Counted from the stretch's first letter, positions 41,200 to 51,075 are shown. The stretch is DNA of 64,000 bases from Alphaproteobacteria bacterium (GCA_030425825.1 JAUHZY010000001.1:838834-902833), one strand, 5' to 3'. Notes: generated from the sequence alone by a model not told the origin. Program-made: numbers and translations.

Positions 41200-41989
41200 T
41201 TTTTTCTGCATAAACAAAAGGATTATGCCACCCTTTTGGTGATAAGGTAAAAATTTCACAGCCATCTGATGTAACAGCCATTGTATGCTCGAATTGAGCT
41301 GATAGCGATCTATCTTTTGTTACTGCCGTCCAGCCATCATCTAAAATTTTACAAGCGAACTTTCCTGCATTAACCATTGGTTCAATTGTAAAAAACATCC
41401 CCTCTTCAAGCATCAACCCTGTGCCAGGCTCACCATAATGCACAATAGATGGCTCCATGTGGAATGTTTGACCAATACCATGACCACAAAAGTCCCGAAC
41501 AACTGAAAAACGATGAGATTCTGCATATTCTTGAATAATATGCCCGATATCTCCAAGTGTTGTGCCAGGCTTAACAATATCAATTGCCCTCATCAAAGAA
41601 TCATATGTCACCTGAACAAGATTTTTTGCTTTGACAGATATTTTGTCCCCAACAAAGTACATACGACTTGTGTCACCATGCCAACCATCTACAATAACTG
41701 TCACATCAATATTAACAATATCACCATTTAACAGTTTCTTATCACCAGGTATACCGTGGCAAATCACATGATTGACGGATGTACAAATTGACTTCGGAAA
41801 ACCCTTATAATTTAGCGGTGCAGGAATTGCTCCACGGTCAACGATAAAATCATGGCAAAGCGTATTCAGTTTTTCTGTTGTCACGCCAGGCGCAACAAAC
41901 GGTGTAATATAATCAAGCGTTTCTGCCGCCAGCTTTCCTGCAACACGCATTTTTTCGAAATCTTGTTTTTTATGTATTTTAACATTCAT
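41192..41989 (-). CDS. map: Methionine aminopeptidase type I
   Basis: GFPKSICTSVNHVICHGIP, DVT..GWHGDTS, GHGIG, TIEPM, SAQFEHT. Confidence 0.97.
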   Translation of the reverse strand: MNVKIHKKQDFEKMRVAGKLAAETLDYITPFVAPGVTTEKLNTLCHDFIVDRGAIPAPLNYKGFPKSICTSVNHVICHGIPGDKKLLNGDIVNIDVTVIVDGWHGDTSRMYFVGDKISVKAKNLVQVTYDSLMRAIDIVKPGTTLGDIGHIIQEYAESHRFSVVRDFCGHGIGQTFHMEPSIVHYGEPGTGLMLEEGMFFTIEPMVNAGKFACKILDDGWTAVTKDRSLSAQFEHTMAVTSDGCEIFTLSPKGWHNPFVYAEKNE

Positions 41990-42728
41990 GATCTTCTTCC
42001 CTATAAACTCCACCAAGCTCTTCAACCAGCAATGATACTTTTTTAGAAGCGTCTTTTATTTTATCTTCTTCATACCCTCTAACGACAATACTTACAGAGA
42101 AATCACCTTTCTTGAAGGATGGATAACTGCCAATTTCCAGCATCTCATAATGGCTTTGTATTAATAGAAGCTGATCTGCTATTTGTCCTTCTGTAAGATT
42201 ACACCAAACAGTTTTTGAAAGCATTGGCGTGCCACCATCTAAGCGTTCTTTAATGCCATCAAACATTGCTTGGCAAATCTTAGGGACACCCGCGAGGACA
42301 AAAACATTCTCAATTTGGAAGCCAGGTGCACCACTTAAAGGGTTTTCAATTAAATGAACATTTTCGGGCATATCTGCCATAGATAAACGCGCTTCATTCA
42401 AATCTGCTGGCTTATAATACTTCTCAAGCTCTAAAACCGCATCTTCATTGCGTTGAAAGATCCTCCCAAAAGCTTTTGCGACTGATTTTGACGTAATATC
42501 ATCATGCGTAGGGCCAATTCCACCTGTTGTAAAAACATAATCATATTTCACACGCAAAGCATTTACTGCAGAAGCAATCTCATCTTCTATATCCAAAGAA
42601 ACCCTTGCCTCACAAACGCGCACGCCCTGCTCATTAAGCTTCTCACCAAGATAGCTAAGGTTCGCATCTTTCGTGCGTCCAGAAAGAATTTCATTGCCAA
42701 TCAGTAAAATTGCCGCTGTTTTTTTCAT
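41979..42728 (-). CDS. Molybdopterin-binding / CinA N-terminal-like protein; start MKKTA at 42728
   Basis: IGNEILSGRTKDAN, FTTGGIGPTHDDIT, LAGVP, IGSYP. Confidence 0.9.
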   Translation of the reverse strand: MKKTAAILLIGNEILSGRTKDANLSYLGEKLNEQGVRVCEARVSLDIEDEIASAVNALRVKYDYVFTTGGIGPTHDDITSKSVAKAFGRIFQRNEDAVLELEKYYKPADLNEARLSMADMPENVHLIENPLSGAPGFQIENVFVLAGVPKICQAMFDGIKERLDGGTPMLSKTVWCNLTEGQIADQLLLIQSHYEMLEIGSYPSFKKGDFSVSIVVRGYEEDKIKDASKKVSLLVEELGGVYREEDHEC

Positions 42729-42802
42729 ACACATCTCATTATAATTTATTTGTCTTGTATAACCGATGGCTAATATCCTATGATATGGGCTCAATTTCAA
42801 GT

Positions 42803-42890
42803 GCCTTCTTGGCGGAATTGGTAGACGCAACGGACTTAAAATCCGTCGGGAGTATATCCCATCCCGGTTCGAGTCCGGGAGAAGGCACCA
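42803..42890 (+). tRNA. tRNA-Leu (anticodon TAA), CCA encoded
   Basis: Acceptor GCCTTCT/AGAAGGC, D arm GGCGGAATTGGTAGACGC, anticodon arm ACGGA-CTTAAAA-TCCGT, long variable arm, T loop GGTTCGAGTCC. Confidence 0.96.
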
Positions 42891-42979
42891 TCACTTGATA
42901 CAAAAAATCAATTTCACAGTTGTCGTGCGCCTTAAAAAAAACTAAGTTTAAGAAAGACAAGAAAAGGCACGCACATTAA

Positions 42980-43921
42980 ATGATCAGAGTTCCATTTACT
43001 TTCCAGCCGAAGAAAAAACCTGACTATATTATAGGTATTTACCTTATTCTTATTTCTTCTTTCACTTATGGTTTCAAAAGTACTATTTCAAAAATAGTAT
43101 TTGATGAAGGTGGAGACCCATTCTCTCTTCTTTTTTTAAGCTCTAGCCTGTACTGTCTTCTTTCTTACGCTTGGTTCAAGAAAAAAAATATTCCCTATGA
43201 ACTTTCAAAAAAAATGCGGAAACCAGTCATTATATTGGGGCTTTTATTTACAGCATTTTGTACCTTTTACGCTGCGTCGATTATCTATATTCCCGTCAGC
43301 ATCTCTACACTGATCTTCTTTTCATTTCCTTTCCTAGTTGGTGCACATGCGCACCTGATTATGAAAGACCCTATCCCTGGGAAAAGAGGGATTGCATTCC
43401 TGCTTGCCTTCATAGGACTCTCCCTTATTTTTCTCTCAACAGTTGGAAGCTATCACATTGAAACCATGGGCATTATTCTTTCCGCAACAGGTGCATTTTT
43501 GAAAGCTGCATGTATTATTTACGCACGCCGCCATCAAGACAACAAAACGTCTAGCCTTGTCATTGTTTTCTACATGTGCCTCAGCATGGCTGTGATTACA
43601 GGACTTATCACTTTTATTCGTGGCTTTAATTTACCGCAAACAGCAGAAGGCTATGAAGCACTTTCTTATGCGATTGTTTTCTTTGCGATCGGCATCCCCA
43701 CCTTTTATCTTTCAATACGTTTTATGGGGCCTGTTCGCGTTGCATTCTTTAACTTTCTAGAACCACTTGTAAGTATTTTATCTGCTTATTTCTTACTAGC
43801 CGAAAAGCTGAGTCCTTCACAAGCACTTGGGGCCATACTCATGTTAATTGGCCTAACGCTTATGCCTGTGAGGCGTGGGGCTTACTATTTTAAAACATCA
43901 AAGAAAGTAGACAAAACTTAG
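42980..43921 (+). CDS. DMT/EamA family transporter
   Basis: Ten TM segments in two repeats; FLEPLVSILSAYFLLAEKLSPSQALG. Confidence 0.88.
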   Translation: MIRVPFTFQPKKKPDYIIGIYLILISSFTYGFKSTISKIVFDEGGDPFSLLFLSSSLYCLLSYAWFKKKNIPYELSKKMRKPVIILGLLFTAFCTFYAASIIYIPVSISTLIFFSFPFLVGAHAHLIMKDPIPGKRGIAFLLAFIGLSLIFLSTVGSYHIETMGIILSATGAFLKAACIIYARRHQDNKTSSLVIVFYMCLSMAVITGLITFIRGFNLPQTAEGYEALSYAIVFFAIGIPTFYLSIRFMGPVRVAFFNFLEPLVSILSAYFLLAEKLSPSQALGAILMLIGLTLMPVRRGAYYFKTSKKVDKT

Positions 43922-44911
43922 CTCAGCAACACGAGATGTCAACTGATAGGAAAGCTCTGTTTGTGTCTGAAGTGATTTCATTTGTGTGACGACTGTCGCA
44001 AGGTCTTCGACAGTATCATTTTTTTCTAAAAACCTTTGGTATATCTGATTCTCTGTTGTGATCTGGTCTATTTTCCGATCAATGAAAACACGCTTGGACT
44101 CTAAACTTCTCAATTCTGCATGATATTGAGATTCGGATGCATTAAGAAGCTGCTCAGCCTGGTCCAGAGATGTTTGCAAAGGCACTGTTGGGTCATTACC
44201 TTCTGCCTTCCTGATGACATCGAGACCATATATTAGATTCTGCAAAAAAGGTTCATATGGTGTAACATCCATTTCAAACAACTGGTCTTGCCCTATATTT
44301 AAATCATATGGTTTATACGTTAAGTATTCGTCTTCTAAGTGTGTCGTATAATCATTAAAATGACTATATGGTGGAATATTCGCAGCGACATCTGGAGGAT
44401 ATAATGGGTCAGCAACAACTGTTGGCAAAGGGTTTAAAGTGTAATCAGTTGTCATATTGCCAATGATTTCAATCGTCATATTCTTTTCTCGCCCATCGCG
44501 ACCATTGAAAAGATAGAAATCTCCTGCGTCTTGAAAGTTCAAAGCATCCTCAATCATTCGCATATATTCTTCAGCGCGCTCCTGCATCTTCAGTGGCGCT
44601 GCCTCATTCAGTGTATCAATCCCCCTAATTGTTTCCTGCATATCATCTATCATATCCTCGAAGAGAGGAAATATATCACTGAACATTTTCAAGCGACGCT
44701 CAATTGTTTCTGCGTTCTGAAGATAACTTTCATTTTTATCAACAATGACCTGAACATTCTTATAGCTTGCCATTTTCGCAGGCGACAAATCTGTATACTC
44801 TTTGATTTTCTCTTGTGAGTTCACTTGGTGCTGAAGATCAGCCATGTTCGACCTATTCGTGTCAAACTCTGTTTGGAAGTGACGAAAAAATGTGGTACTT
44901 GAAATTCTCAT
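43898..44911 (-). CDS. FlgL-like hook-filament junction protein, paralog 3
   Basis: N-terminal MRISS helix, YLFNG motif, C-terminal LQTQTELSYQLTSRVAELSFVYFL. Confidence 0.75.
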   Translation of the reverse strand: MRISSTTFFRHFQTEFDTNRSNMADLQHQVNSQEKIKEYTDLSPAKMASYKNVQVIVDKNESYLQNAETIERRLKMFSDIFPLFEDMIDDMQETIRGIDTLNEAAPLKMQERAEEYMRMIEDALNFQDAGDFYLFNGRDGREKNMTIEIIGNMTTDYTLNPLPTVVADPLYPPDVAANIPPYSHFNDYTTHLEDEYLTYKPYDLNIGQDQLFEMDVTPYEPFLQNLIYGLDVIRKAEGNDPTVPLQTSLDQAEQLLNASESQYHAELRSLESKRVFIDRKIDQITTENQIYQRFLEKNDTVEDLATVVTQMKSLQTQTELSYQLTSRVAELSFVYFL

Positions 44912-44912
44912 A

Positions 44913-46673
44913 TTACAAGAACCTATAGAACGACAAGTTGTTCATTGAAGAAGTTGTTTGAAACGACAATTCGATTCTATTCCTCAGCGTCAGCAAGTCT
45001 GCGGCCAGAGCTTCGCTGTCAACGTCGTCCACACCACCAATAATAGATTCATAAATTTCAACTGTTTGATCATGTACCTGCTTTTGATTTTCTAGCATAT
45101 TATGCTGTGAATTAATTTTGTTTTTTGCCTGCTGCAACCCTGTCCTTGCCGCATCCAGGAGTTGCTCTGCAGTTTGCTTAAGCGTGTCAAAATTTGTGTA
45201 GCCAGTAGCGCCAGGTTCCGAAGTTTCAATCGCTTTACGCGCAACATCAAATCCCATAACCAAATTCTGAATAAAAGGTTCATATGCCGACATAGAAATA
45301 TCGACTGTCATCGTATCACTGGTATCAAAATCATAACCGCCATAAGTTTGCGTCTCGTCCTCAAGATGAACATCATGACTATAAAAGTGATTGTATGCAC
45401 CTAGTGTTGCCGCAGATAAAGTTGTCACGACAGATGGCAAAGGTGCGCCATCTGCATAACCATACTTCGATGTGTCCAGAGTCCCCTTCAATGTTCCATG
45501 TTGAACTGCAGCCTCAATATCAAGAAGGTTTGCAGAGGGTGGTGGGCCACTGTAAATCACAATTTCAGAAGTGTAATACTCCGCAAGATCCATCAAGCGA
45601 AAATTGCTTAAAGTTGACGCAGGCGTCCCCGTTAATGTTGAGTTGTTCGTGGCACCATCTACGCGAAAAGAGCTGTTTACGCCATCTTCAACCTGGCTGA
45701 CGACTTGCGCCCCAACATCAAAGTCCGTATTAACAATAGACCCTCCAGTAAAAGTTGCCGTATCTGTTGCGCCATTTAGTTGGAAGCTACCTGCAGCACT
45801 TCCTTCCCAAACCTGTGTGCCACTAACATAATCCACGACACCCGTTACAGCAGCGGAAGCATTTGCTCCTGTACTTGAGGACATACCATCCGTGCCATCA
45901 AAATAAAGCCCAGGCTTTCCTTCGCCAAAATGGTCCAAAACAATCGTGGGACGAAAGCCTGGTGCAATTGGCGTCAAATTATCTCCACCGATTTGATCAT
46001 ACCATATCGATACCTGCCCTGTTGTGCCGTGTAAAAAATCCTCTAAAGCATTTACATCTAAGCGACCTTTATCGTCAAACCCAACATCCAACGTCGCAAA
46101 GTCACTTGTGCGTATAACTTGTATAGCATCGCCTGCATACGTTTCAGACAAACGCCTTAAAGCATAACCATTTTCAGCGCCCGCAACATCATCTACAACA
46201 CGATACGAACCATCTGACGCTTCAAAGAAACGGATATCTGCATCTGCTTTTCGACCATCACGCCCATTAAATAAATAGAAATTATCCTGAATTTTCGAGT
46301 TTAATAGAGCCTCTACTTCACGAAGATAATCGTCAGCAAGGTTGGCCATAATTGTCGCGCTGTCATCATCTCTGTTTGTTGCATCAATAACAGATGTATA
46401 AACATCATCAAGTAATGTTTCAAACTGTTCAAAAACCTTTAAAAAACCTTCAAACCTACTTTGTGCAACTTCAATATTCAAAGCATAGTTTTCATGCTTT
46501 TCGATCATCAGCTGTGCATCACGAAACTGACGAATATTTTTACTTCCAACATCGGCAAGGTCTTTTGTTTTTTGACTTGTTTGAAGTTGTCGCGTCACAT
46601 CGTCAGATTGATCAAGCATTGTTTTATTAAGCTGATTCATCTGAAAAATATATGATTGATTTGTGACGCGCAT
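44913..46673 (-). CDS. FlgL-like protein, paralog 2, with inserted ConA/LamG-like domain
   Basis: MRVTN start, FYLFNGRDG, C-terminal IELSFQTTSSMNNLSFYRFL; central ~240-aa beta-rich insert GYALRRLSETYAG...VSIWYDQ...LYFDG...SEIVIY. Confidence 0.75.
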   Translation of the reverse strand: MRVTNQSYIFQMNQLNKTMLDQSDDVTRQLQTSQKTKDLADVGSKNIRQFRDAQLMIEKHENYALNIEVAQSRFEGFLKVFEQFETLLDDVYTSVIDATNRDDDSATIMANLADDYLREVEALLNSKIQDNFYLFNGRDGRKADADIRFFEASDGSYRVVDDVAGAENGYALRRLSETYAGDAIQVIRTSDFATLDVGFDDKGRLDVNALEDFLHGTTGQVSIWYDQIGGDNLTPIAPGFRPTIVLDHFGEGKPGLYFDGTDGMSSSTGANASAAVTGVVDYVSGTQVWEGSAAGSFQLNGATDTATFTGGSIVNTDFDVGAQVVSQVEDGVNSSFRVDGATNNSTLTGTPASTLSNFRLMDLAEYYTSEIVIYSGPPPSANLLDIEAAVQHGTLKGTLDTSKYGYADGAPLPSVVTTLSAATLGAYNHFYSHDVHLEDETQTYGGYDFDTSDTMTVDISMSAYEPFIQNLVMGFDVARKAIETSEPGATGYTNFDTLKQTAEQLLDAARTGLQQAKNKINSQHNMLENQKQVHDQTVEIYESIIGGVDDVDSEALAADLLTLRNRIELSFQTTSSMNNLSFYRFL

Positions 46674-46684
46674 GTTTTACTCCC

Positions 46685-47728
46685 TTAAAAAGAAAGAAAC
46701 TCAAGCAAGCTTAAGTTTTTCAGCGTAGCTGTTGTGCTAAAAGAAGCTTCAAGCTGTGTTTGCAAAGAAGCAAGCTTTGTCGCAGCTTCTGTTGTTTCAA
46801 CACCGTCTAAATCAACTAAAACATCTTCAAAAAAGTTAATCTCAGATTGATGGCGTTCTTTAACATTATGAAGACGTAACAGAGAAACTTCAGCCTCACG
46901 AATAGCGTGCGGCAAGCCAGCTTCACTTGTCGCGGTTGCGGTACTTAACTCAGCTTCTTCTAAATACTGTAATGCCGTTGAAACACTTGTTTCGAAAGCA
47001 ACTGTTGGCATTGAATCCAAAGCCTTGCGAGCAATATCAAGGGCATAAACCACCTTTTGAATCTCTTCTTCATAAGGTGTTGCGCTATACGCGATTGACT
47101 CAACATCGCTTACTTGAACTGAATCACGTTGCAAGTCCGAATCTGCAGGGCCAGGCAATGTTGGCGCAGGTGTTTTGTTAGTAATATAATAGGGAATGTC
47201 GCCTGGAACATCGCCACCTGCAAGTGGTATTGGCACATTAATAGGAAACGGATCACCTCCATTATAATCATATGGAGCTGCATCAAACATATCAAAACTA
47301 ATAGGCTCAAAGCGCGTATAACCACCCAACACACGCCCACCATCTGGTGCTTGTGTATTTAATAAGTCCTCTAAAAGATCAAAACTTTTTTCTGCAAACT
47401 CAACCATTTGAGAGGCTGTTGGCTCTGTTGACGTTGTTGTGTTTTTCAACATCCCCTGCACATCATTTACGACAGTCTGAATTGTCTCAAAAATTGTAAT
47501 CGTTTGTGTCAGGCGTGTTTCAGCTTTTTCAATATTTTCGATATAACGATTAGCATTTTTTGTTGCAGATTCAAAATTAATATATTTTTTAACCTCAAAA
47601 CCAACGCCTGCTAGGTCTCTTGCTCTCTCGCCTGTAGAGATTTGAAGCTGCAAGTTAAGCATTTCTGATTTGGTCGCTGTAAAACGATTATTCAAATCAT
47701 AAAAATATCCTGGATTGCTAATTCTCAT
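46685..47728 (-). CDS. flgL: Flagellar hook-associated protein 3 (FlgL), most canonical paralog
   Basis: MRISN, LQLQISTGERA, C-terminal EAATKLASLQTQLEASFSTTATLKNLSLLEFL; follows flgK. Confidence 0.82.
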   Translation of the reverse strand: MRISNPGYFYDLNNRFTATKSEMLNLQLQISTGERARDLAGVGFEVKKYINFESATKNANRYIENIEKAETRLTQTITIFETIQTVVNDVQGMLKNTTTSTEPTASQMVEFAEKSFDLLEDLLNTQAPDGGRVLGGYTRFEPISFDMFDAAPYDYNGGDPFPINVPIPLAGGDVPGDIPYYITNKTPAPTLPGPADSDLQRDSVQVSDVESIAYSATPYEEEIQKVVYALDIARKALDSMPTVAFETSVSTALQYLEEAELSTATATSEAGLPHAIREAEVSLLRLHNVKERHQSEINFFEDVLVDLDGVETTEAATKLASLQTQLEASFSTTATLKNLSLLEFLSF

Positions 47729-47747
47729 TTTCTATAAATCACCCAAA

Positions 47748-49190
47748 CTATCGACCTACAATGGCTATTAATTGATCCATCAAATCAGAAGCTGTTTGTA
47801 AAACACGAGCAGATGCTGCATATGCTTGCTGCAACTGGATAAGGAAAGCCATTTCTTCATCCAAGTTAACAGCCGAAACATCTAAATAAGCATTTTGCAA
47901 AGACTCATAAGATACTGTGCTGTATTCTGCCTCTTCTCTTGCGTCATAAGTTTGTAAAGCAATATTCTTTGCCAAGTCTTCTATATCTTCAAGCGACCCA
48001 CCTGATGCTTTTATCGCCTGCGCGACTGTCAAAGCTGAGGTTGGCTCAAGATAGGTATTGGCATCTAATTGGTCTGTCGCAACGTAAGCAACACCAGAGC
48101 TAGGATTCGTGAACGGAGGGTTCGTTAATGTATCTAAGTTTCCTGTAACACGTGCAAAGGTAGCCAGTTCGGCTTCCTGGTCTATTGGCAAAGTATAATC
48201 CATTCGAAACAAGGGTGCTGTTGTGTATGTTACGGGTGGGCCAGCTGCCGTTTCAACAACATGGAGTGCAGTTCCTGTATCAGATATCAGTTGGTCTACA
48301 GCCGAATAGAGTTCATTTTGGCGGGCACTTAAAATGCCTGCTGTAGGATCAATCAAACCATAAAGCGAAGATAACTCACCGCTGTTCAAGGTTGACTGAA
48401 TTGGTGACGAAGGTGCCCCCGAGGCATAAAGATTGTAAGGCGCAGCAGGATCGACACTTAACGTTCTTGCAGACACGTCAACAAGAGATATCCCTCCCCC
48501 TGTTAGAACATGAAGCCTATTGTTTGAGCCATTTAATGTTTTTACATCCATTTTTTCAGAAAGCGTCTTCAACAACATATCGCGTTGATCCATAAGCCCC
48601 GTGGGATCGTCTCCTGAAATTGTTAGATTTTCAATTTGATCATTCAACGTTGATATACGCTCTAAAAGGTCATTGACTTCTGTCACGACCGTATTAATCT
48701 CTTCAACGACTTCTATTTCTGTGTCAATAAAGAAGTTATTCAGAGTCAAGACGCGCTCAACAACATCGTCTGCTGCTGCAATCACAAGCTGCTGTTCTGG
48801 CGAACTTGTGTCAGCTAATGGCGAAGCAGCAAAGTCCTCAAATGCAGACAAGAGATCTTCCATCGCACCAAGCACAAAGCCAACACCATCTTTTGATGAC
48901 CCAAAAGCATCATGCATCATATCAATGTATTCAGACGTTTTTGATGCTGCTGCACGCCTAGAATTGCCGTTTAAAACATCTCTATAAAGTGACTCATCCG
49001 TCAATCGTTCAACAGATCGAAGCTGCACACCTGAAGGCTGACCATCAAGGTTTATAGATTCAAGACGTGCGGTTTTCTTTGTGTACCCCTCGGTATTCAC
49101 ATTTGAAATATTTTGAGAGGTATAACGCAACTGTTCCTGAGTGCCTCTTAGCCCAGATGTTGCATTAAATATTGATGACAACAACGTCAT
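47748..49190 (-). CDS. flgK: Flagellar hook-associated protein 1 (FlgK)
   Basis: ATSGL..TSQNISNVNTEGYTKK, LMDQRD, VNLDEEMAFLIQLQQAYAASARV. Confidence 0.9.
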   Translation of the reverse strand: MTLLSSIFNATSGLRGTQEQLRYTSQNISNVNTEGYTKKTARLESINLDGQPSGVQLRSVERLTDESLYRDVLNGNSRRAAASKTSEYIDMMHDAFGSSKDGVGFVLGAMEDLLSAFEDFAASPLADTSSPEQQLVIAAADDVVERVLTLNNFFIDTEIEVVEEINTVVTEVNDLLERISTLNDQIENLTISGDDPTGLMDQRDMLLKTLSEKMDVKTLNGSNNRLHVLTGGGISLVDVSARTLSVDPAAPYNLYASGAPSSPIQSTLNSGELSSLYGLIDPTAGILSARQNELYSAVDQLISDTGTALHVVETAAGPPVTYTTAPLFRMDYTLPIDQEAELATFARVTGNLDTLTNPPFTNPSSGVAYVATDQLDANTYLEPTSALTVAQAIKASGGSLEDIEDLAKNIALQTYDAREEAEYSTVSYESLQNAYLDVSAVNLDEEMAFLIQLQQAYAASARVLQTASDLMDQLIAIVGR

Positions 49191-49234
49191 ACTTATGTCC
49201 TCCAAAAATTATTTTCTAGGGGTCTCTCCTAAAA

Positions 49235-50728
49235 TTACTGACCTAATCTTGTTGCTTCTGTTAACAACTCATCCGCAATAGTAACAACCCTTGCATTCGC
49301 TGAATAAGCTCGCTGAACAATAATCATTTTGGTAAATTCATCAGCCAAATCAACATTTGATTTCTCTAGGTTGTTTGAGGTAAACGTCCCCATACCATTG
49401 GTCCCAGCATCTGTGTAGAATGCATCTCCAGAAAGCGATGTTACTGTGTAAGCATTACCATCCGTCAACTGCAAGCCATCAAAGTTGGCAAAGCTTGCTA
49501 CTGGAATTTTATAGAATGGTTTTGTCGTTCCATTATCAAACGCCAACTGAACAAAACCGTCTGAATCAATCGAAAGATTTTCAACTGCACCCGCAGGCAC
49601 ACCGTCTTGTTGGAAGTTACGAATAGATAAATCTGGCTCATTCCATTGTGTGGTACTTCCAGAAGAAGCGCCAATTGTACCCAGGTCAATTGTAATTGTT
49701 TGCGGATTGGTAGGAAGCGTCCCTGTAACAGGATAATCAACGACAACATCAAAACCTGCCGAGTTTAACTGGTTCCACGTTCCACCTGCACCCGCACCAT
49801 AAAGGTTTGCACCTGTATGTGACCACGTATCAATAATTGTTCCATCATCATCAAATTCAACACCCAGCTCAATTTCTGACCTTGTTGCACCTACGGCTTC
49901 GCCAGAATGTCGTAATGTAACAGCACCGCCCGGATCAGGAATCATCGTCAGCAACCACTTATTTGGGTTCACAGCAGGAGCCTGAACACCATCATCAAAA
50001 GCAAGACCATACCCTGCCGTATTAGGAACCTTTGTCCAATACATTGACATTGTATGTTCCCCTCCCAAAGTATCATAAAATAAAATCTGAGAAGGGCCAA
50101 AAATACTGTCGTAACTTCCTGCTGTAGAAGAAACATTAGAAGGGCTTGTAAAACCATTCGTACCATCAATATCTGCTTCCGCAGCAGCAGCGGCAGAAGA
50201 AGGCACATTTGAAACATAGTCAATTGTTGTTGTTGCAACGGGCGCATCAACAATATCAGTCACACGCATTGGAGTCAGTTGAGATGTATTTAAAACCTGC
50301 CCTGTTGCTGTGTCTAATTGCCAACCCTGCAAGAAATATCCTGCACCATTCTTAAGATACCCATCTTCATCAACGCCATAGTCACCTGCACGTGTATAAT
50401 AAAGATTACGTCCAAAACTTACCAAAGGAGATGTATTCACCTCATCTGATACAACAAACATACCTGACCCTGTGATTGACATGTGTGTTGCGACATCAGA
50501 CTGCTCTTGCAAACCTTGAGAATTAATACGGTAAGAAGGCACTGTTGTTGCACCACCTGCACTATGAAGCCTAGGCGTTGAGTTTGTAACAAGCGTTGAA
50601 AATCTTGTCTCAATTCTTTTATAACCAATTGTTGTAACGTTTGATATGTTTTCGGAAATGTGATTCAAGGCATTACCAAACCCCTTCAACCCCGAAACCC
50701 CGGTGTTCATTGCGCCGAAAACACTCAT
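49235..50728 (-). CDS. flgE: Flagellar hook protein FlgE, first gene of the flgE-flgK-flgLx3 operon
   Basis: ISENISNVTTIGYK, YTRAGDY, LEKSNVDLADEFTKMIIVQRAYSANARV; RBS AGGAGG. Confidence 0.92.
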   Translation of the reverse strand: MSVFGAMNTGVSGLKGFGNALNHISENISNVTTIGYKRIETRFSTLVTNSTPRLHSAGGATTVPSYRINSQGLQEQSDVATHMSITGSGMFVVSDEVNTSPLVSFGRNLYYTRAGDYGVDEDGYLKNGAGYFLQGWQLDTATGQVLNTSQLTPMRVTDIVDAPVATTTIDYVSNVPSSAAAAAEADIDGTNGFTSPSNVSSTAGSYDSIFGPSQILFYDTLGGEHTMSMYWTKVPNTAGYGLAFDDGVQAPAVNPNKWLLTMIPDPGGAVTLRHSGEAVGATRSEIELGVEFDDDGTIIDTWSHTGANLYGAGAGGTWNQLNSAGFDVVVDYPVTGTLPTNPQTITIDLGTIGASSGSTTQWNEPDLSIRNFQQDGVPAGAVENLSIDSDGFVQLAFDNGTTKPFYKIPVASFANFDGLQLTDGNAYTVTSLSGDAFYTDAGTNGMGTFTSNNLEKSNVDLADEFTKMIIVQRAYSANARVVTIADELLTEATRLGQ

Positions 50729-50789
50729 TTAGATACCTCCTGAAAGACTAAAACTTAAATATTCTGTCAAAAAATGACGCTGGGTATCT

Positions 50790-50805
50790 TGCAATGACCG
50801 TGCCA
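50790..50805 (-). promoter_or_regulatory. Consensus sigma-54 promoter of the flgE-flgK-flgL operon
   Basis: TGGCAC-GGTCA-TTGCA on the minus strand. Confidence 0.85.
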
Positions 50806-50847
50806 AAAAAAATAAAGAGCGCCATGTTTTCTAAAAAAATCAATCAA

Positions 50848-50982
50848 AATCAATAATATAAACTTTAAACCAAAACCCAAAACCTCAGTTTAAAGGCCAC
50901 GAAAATAATACTTCGTTTAGCAAGCATCTCCTTAAGCACGGCAAAAACATCAAACACCCTCCTGGCTAGGCAAATTTGGCGG
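50848..50982. promoter_or_regulatory. IHF-like site and ftr-like (FlbD-type) enhancer upstream of the sigma-54 promoter
   Basis: AATCAATAATATA at 50848-50860; GGCAAATTTGGCGG at 50969-50982; related CGGCAAAAA at 50939. Confidence 0.45.
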
Positions 50983-51075
50983 CATATATTACCTATTTTT
51001 TAGGTATTGCAACTATGATATACCACATTTAGTTGCTCGTTTTTTGCAAGAAACAAAATTTGGTATTAACGAACT

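Noticed and set aside
42710..42960. Short ORFs and the N-terminal extension of the CinA-like ORF
   Set aside because: They overlap tRNA-Leu and its promoter
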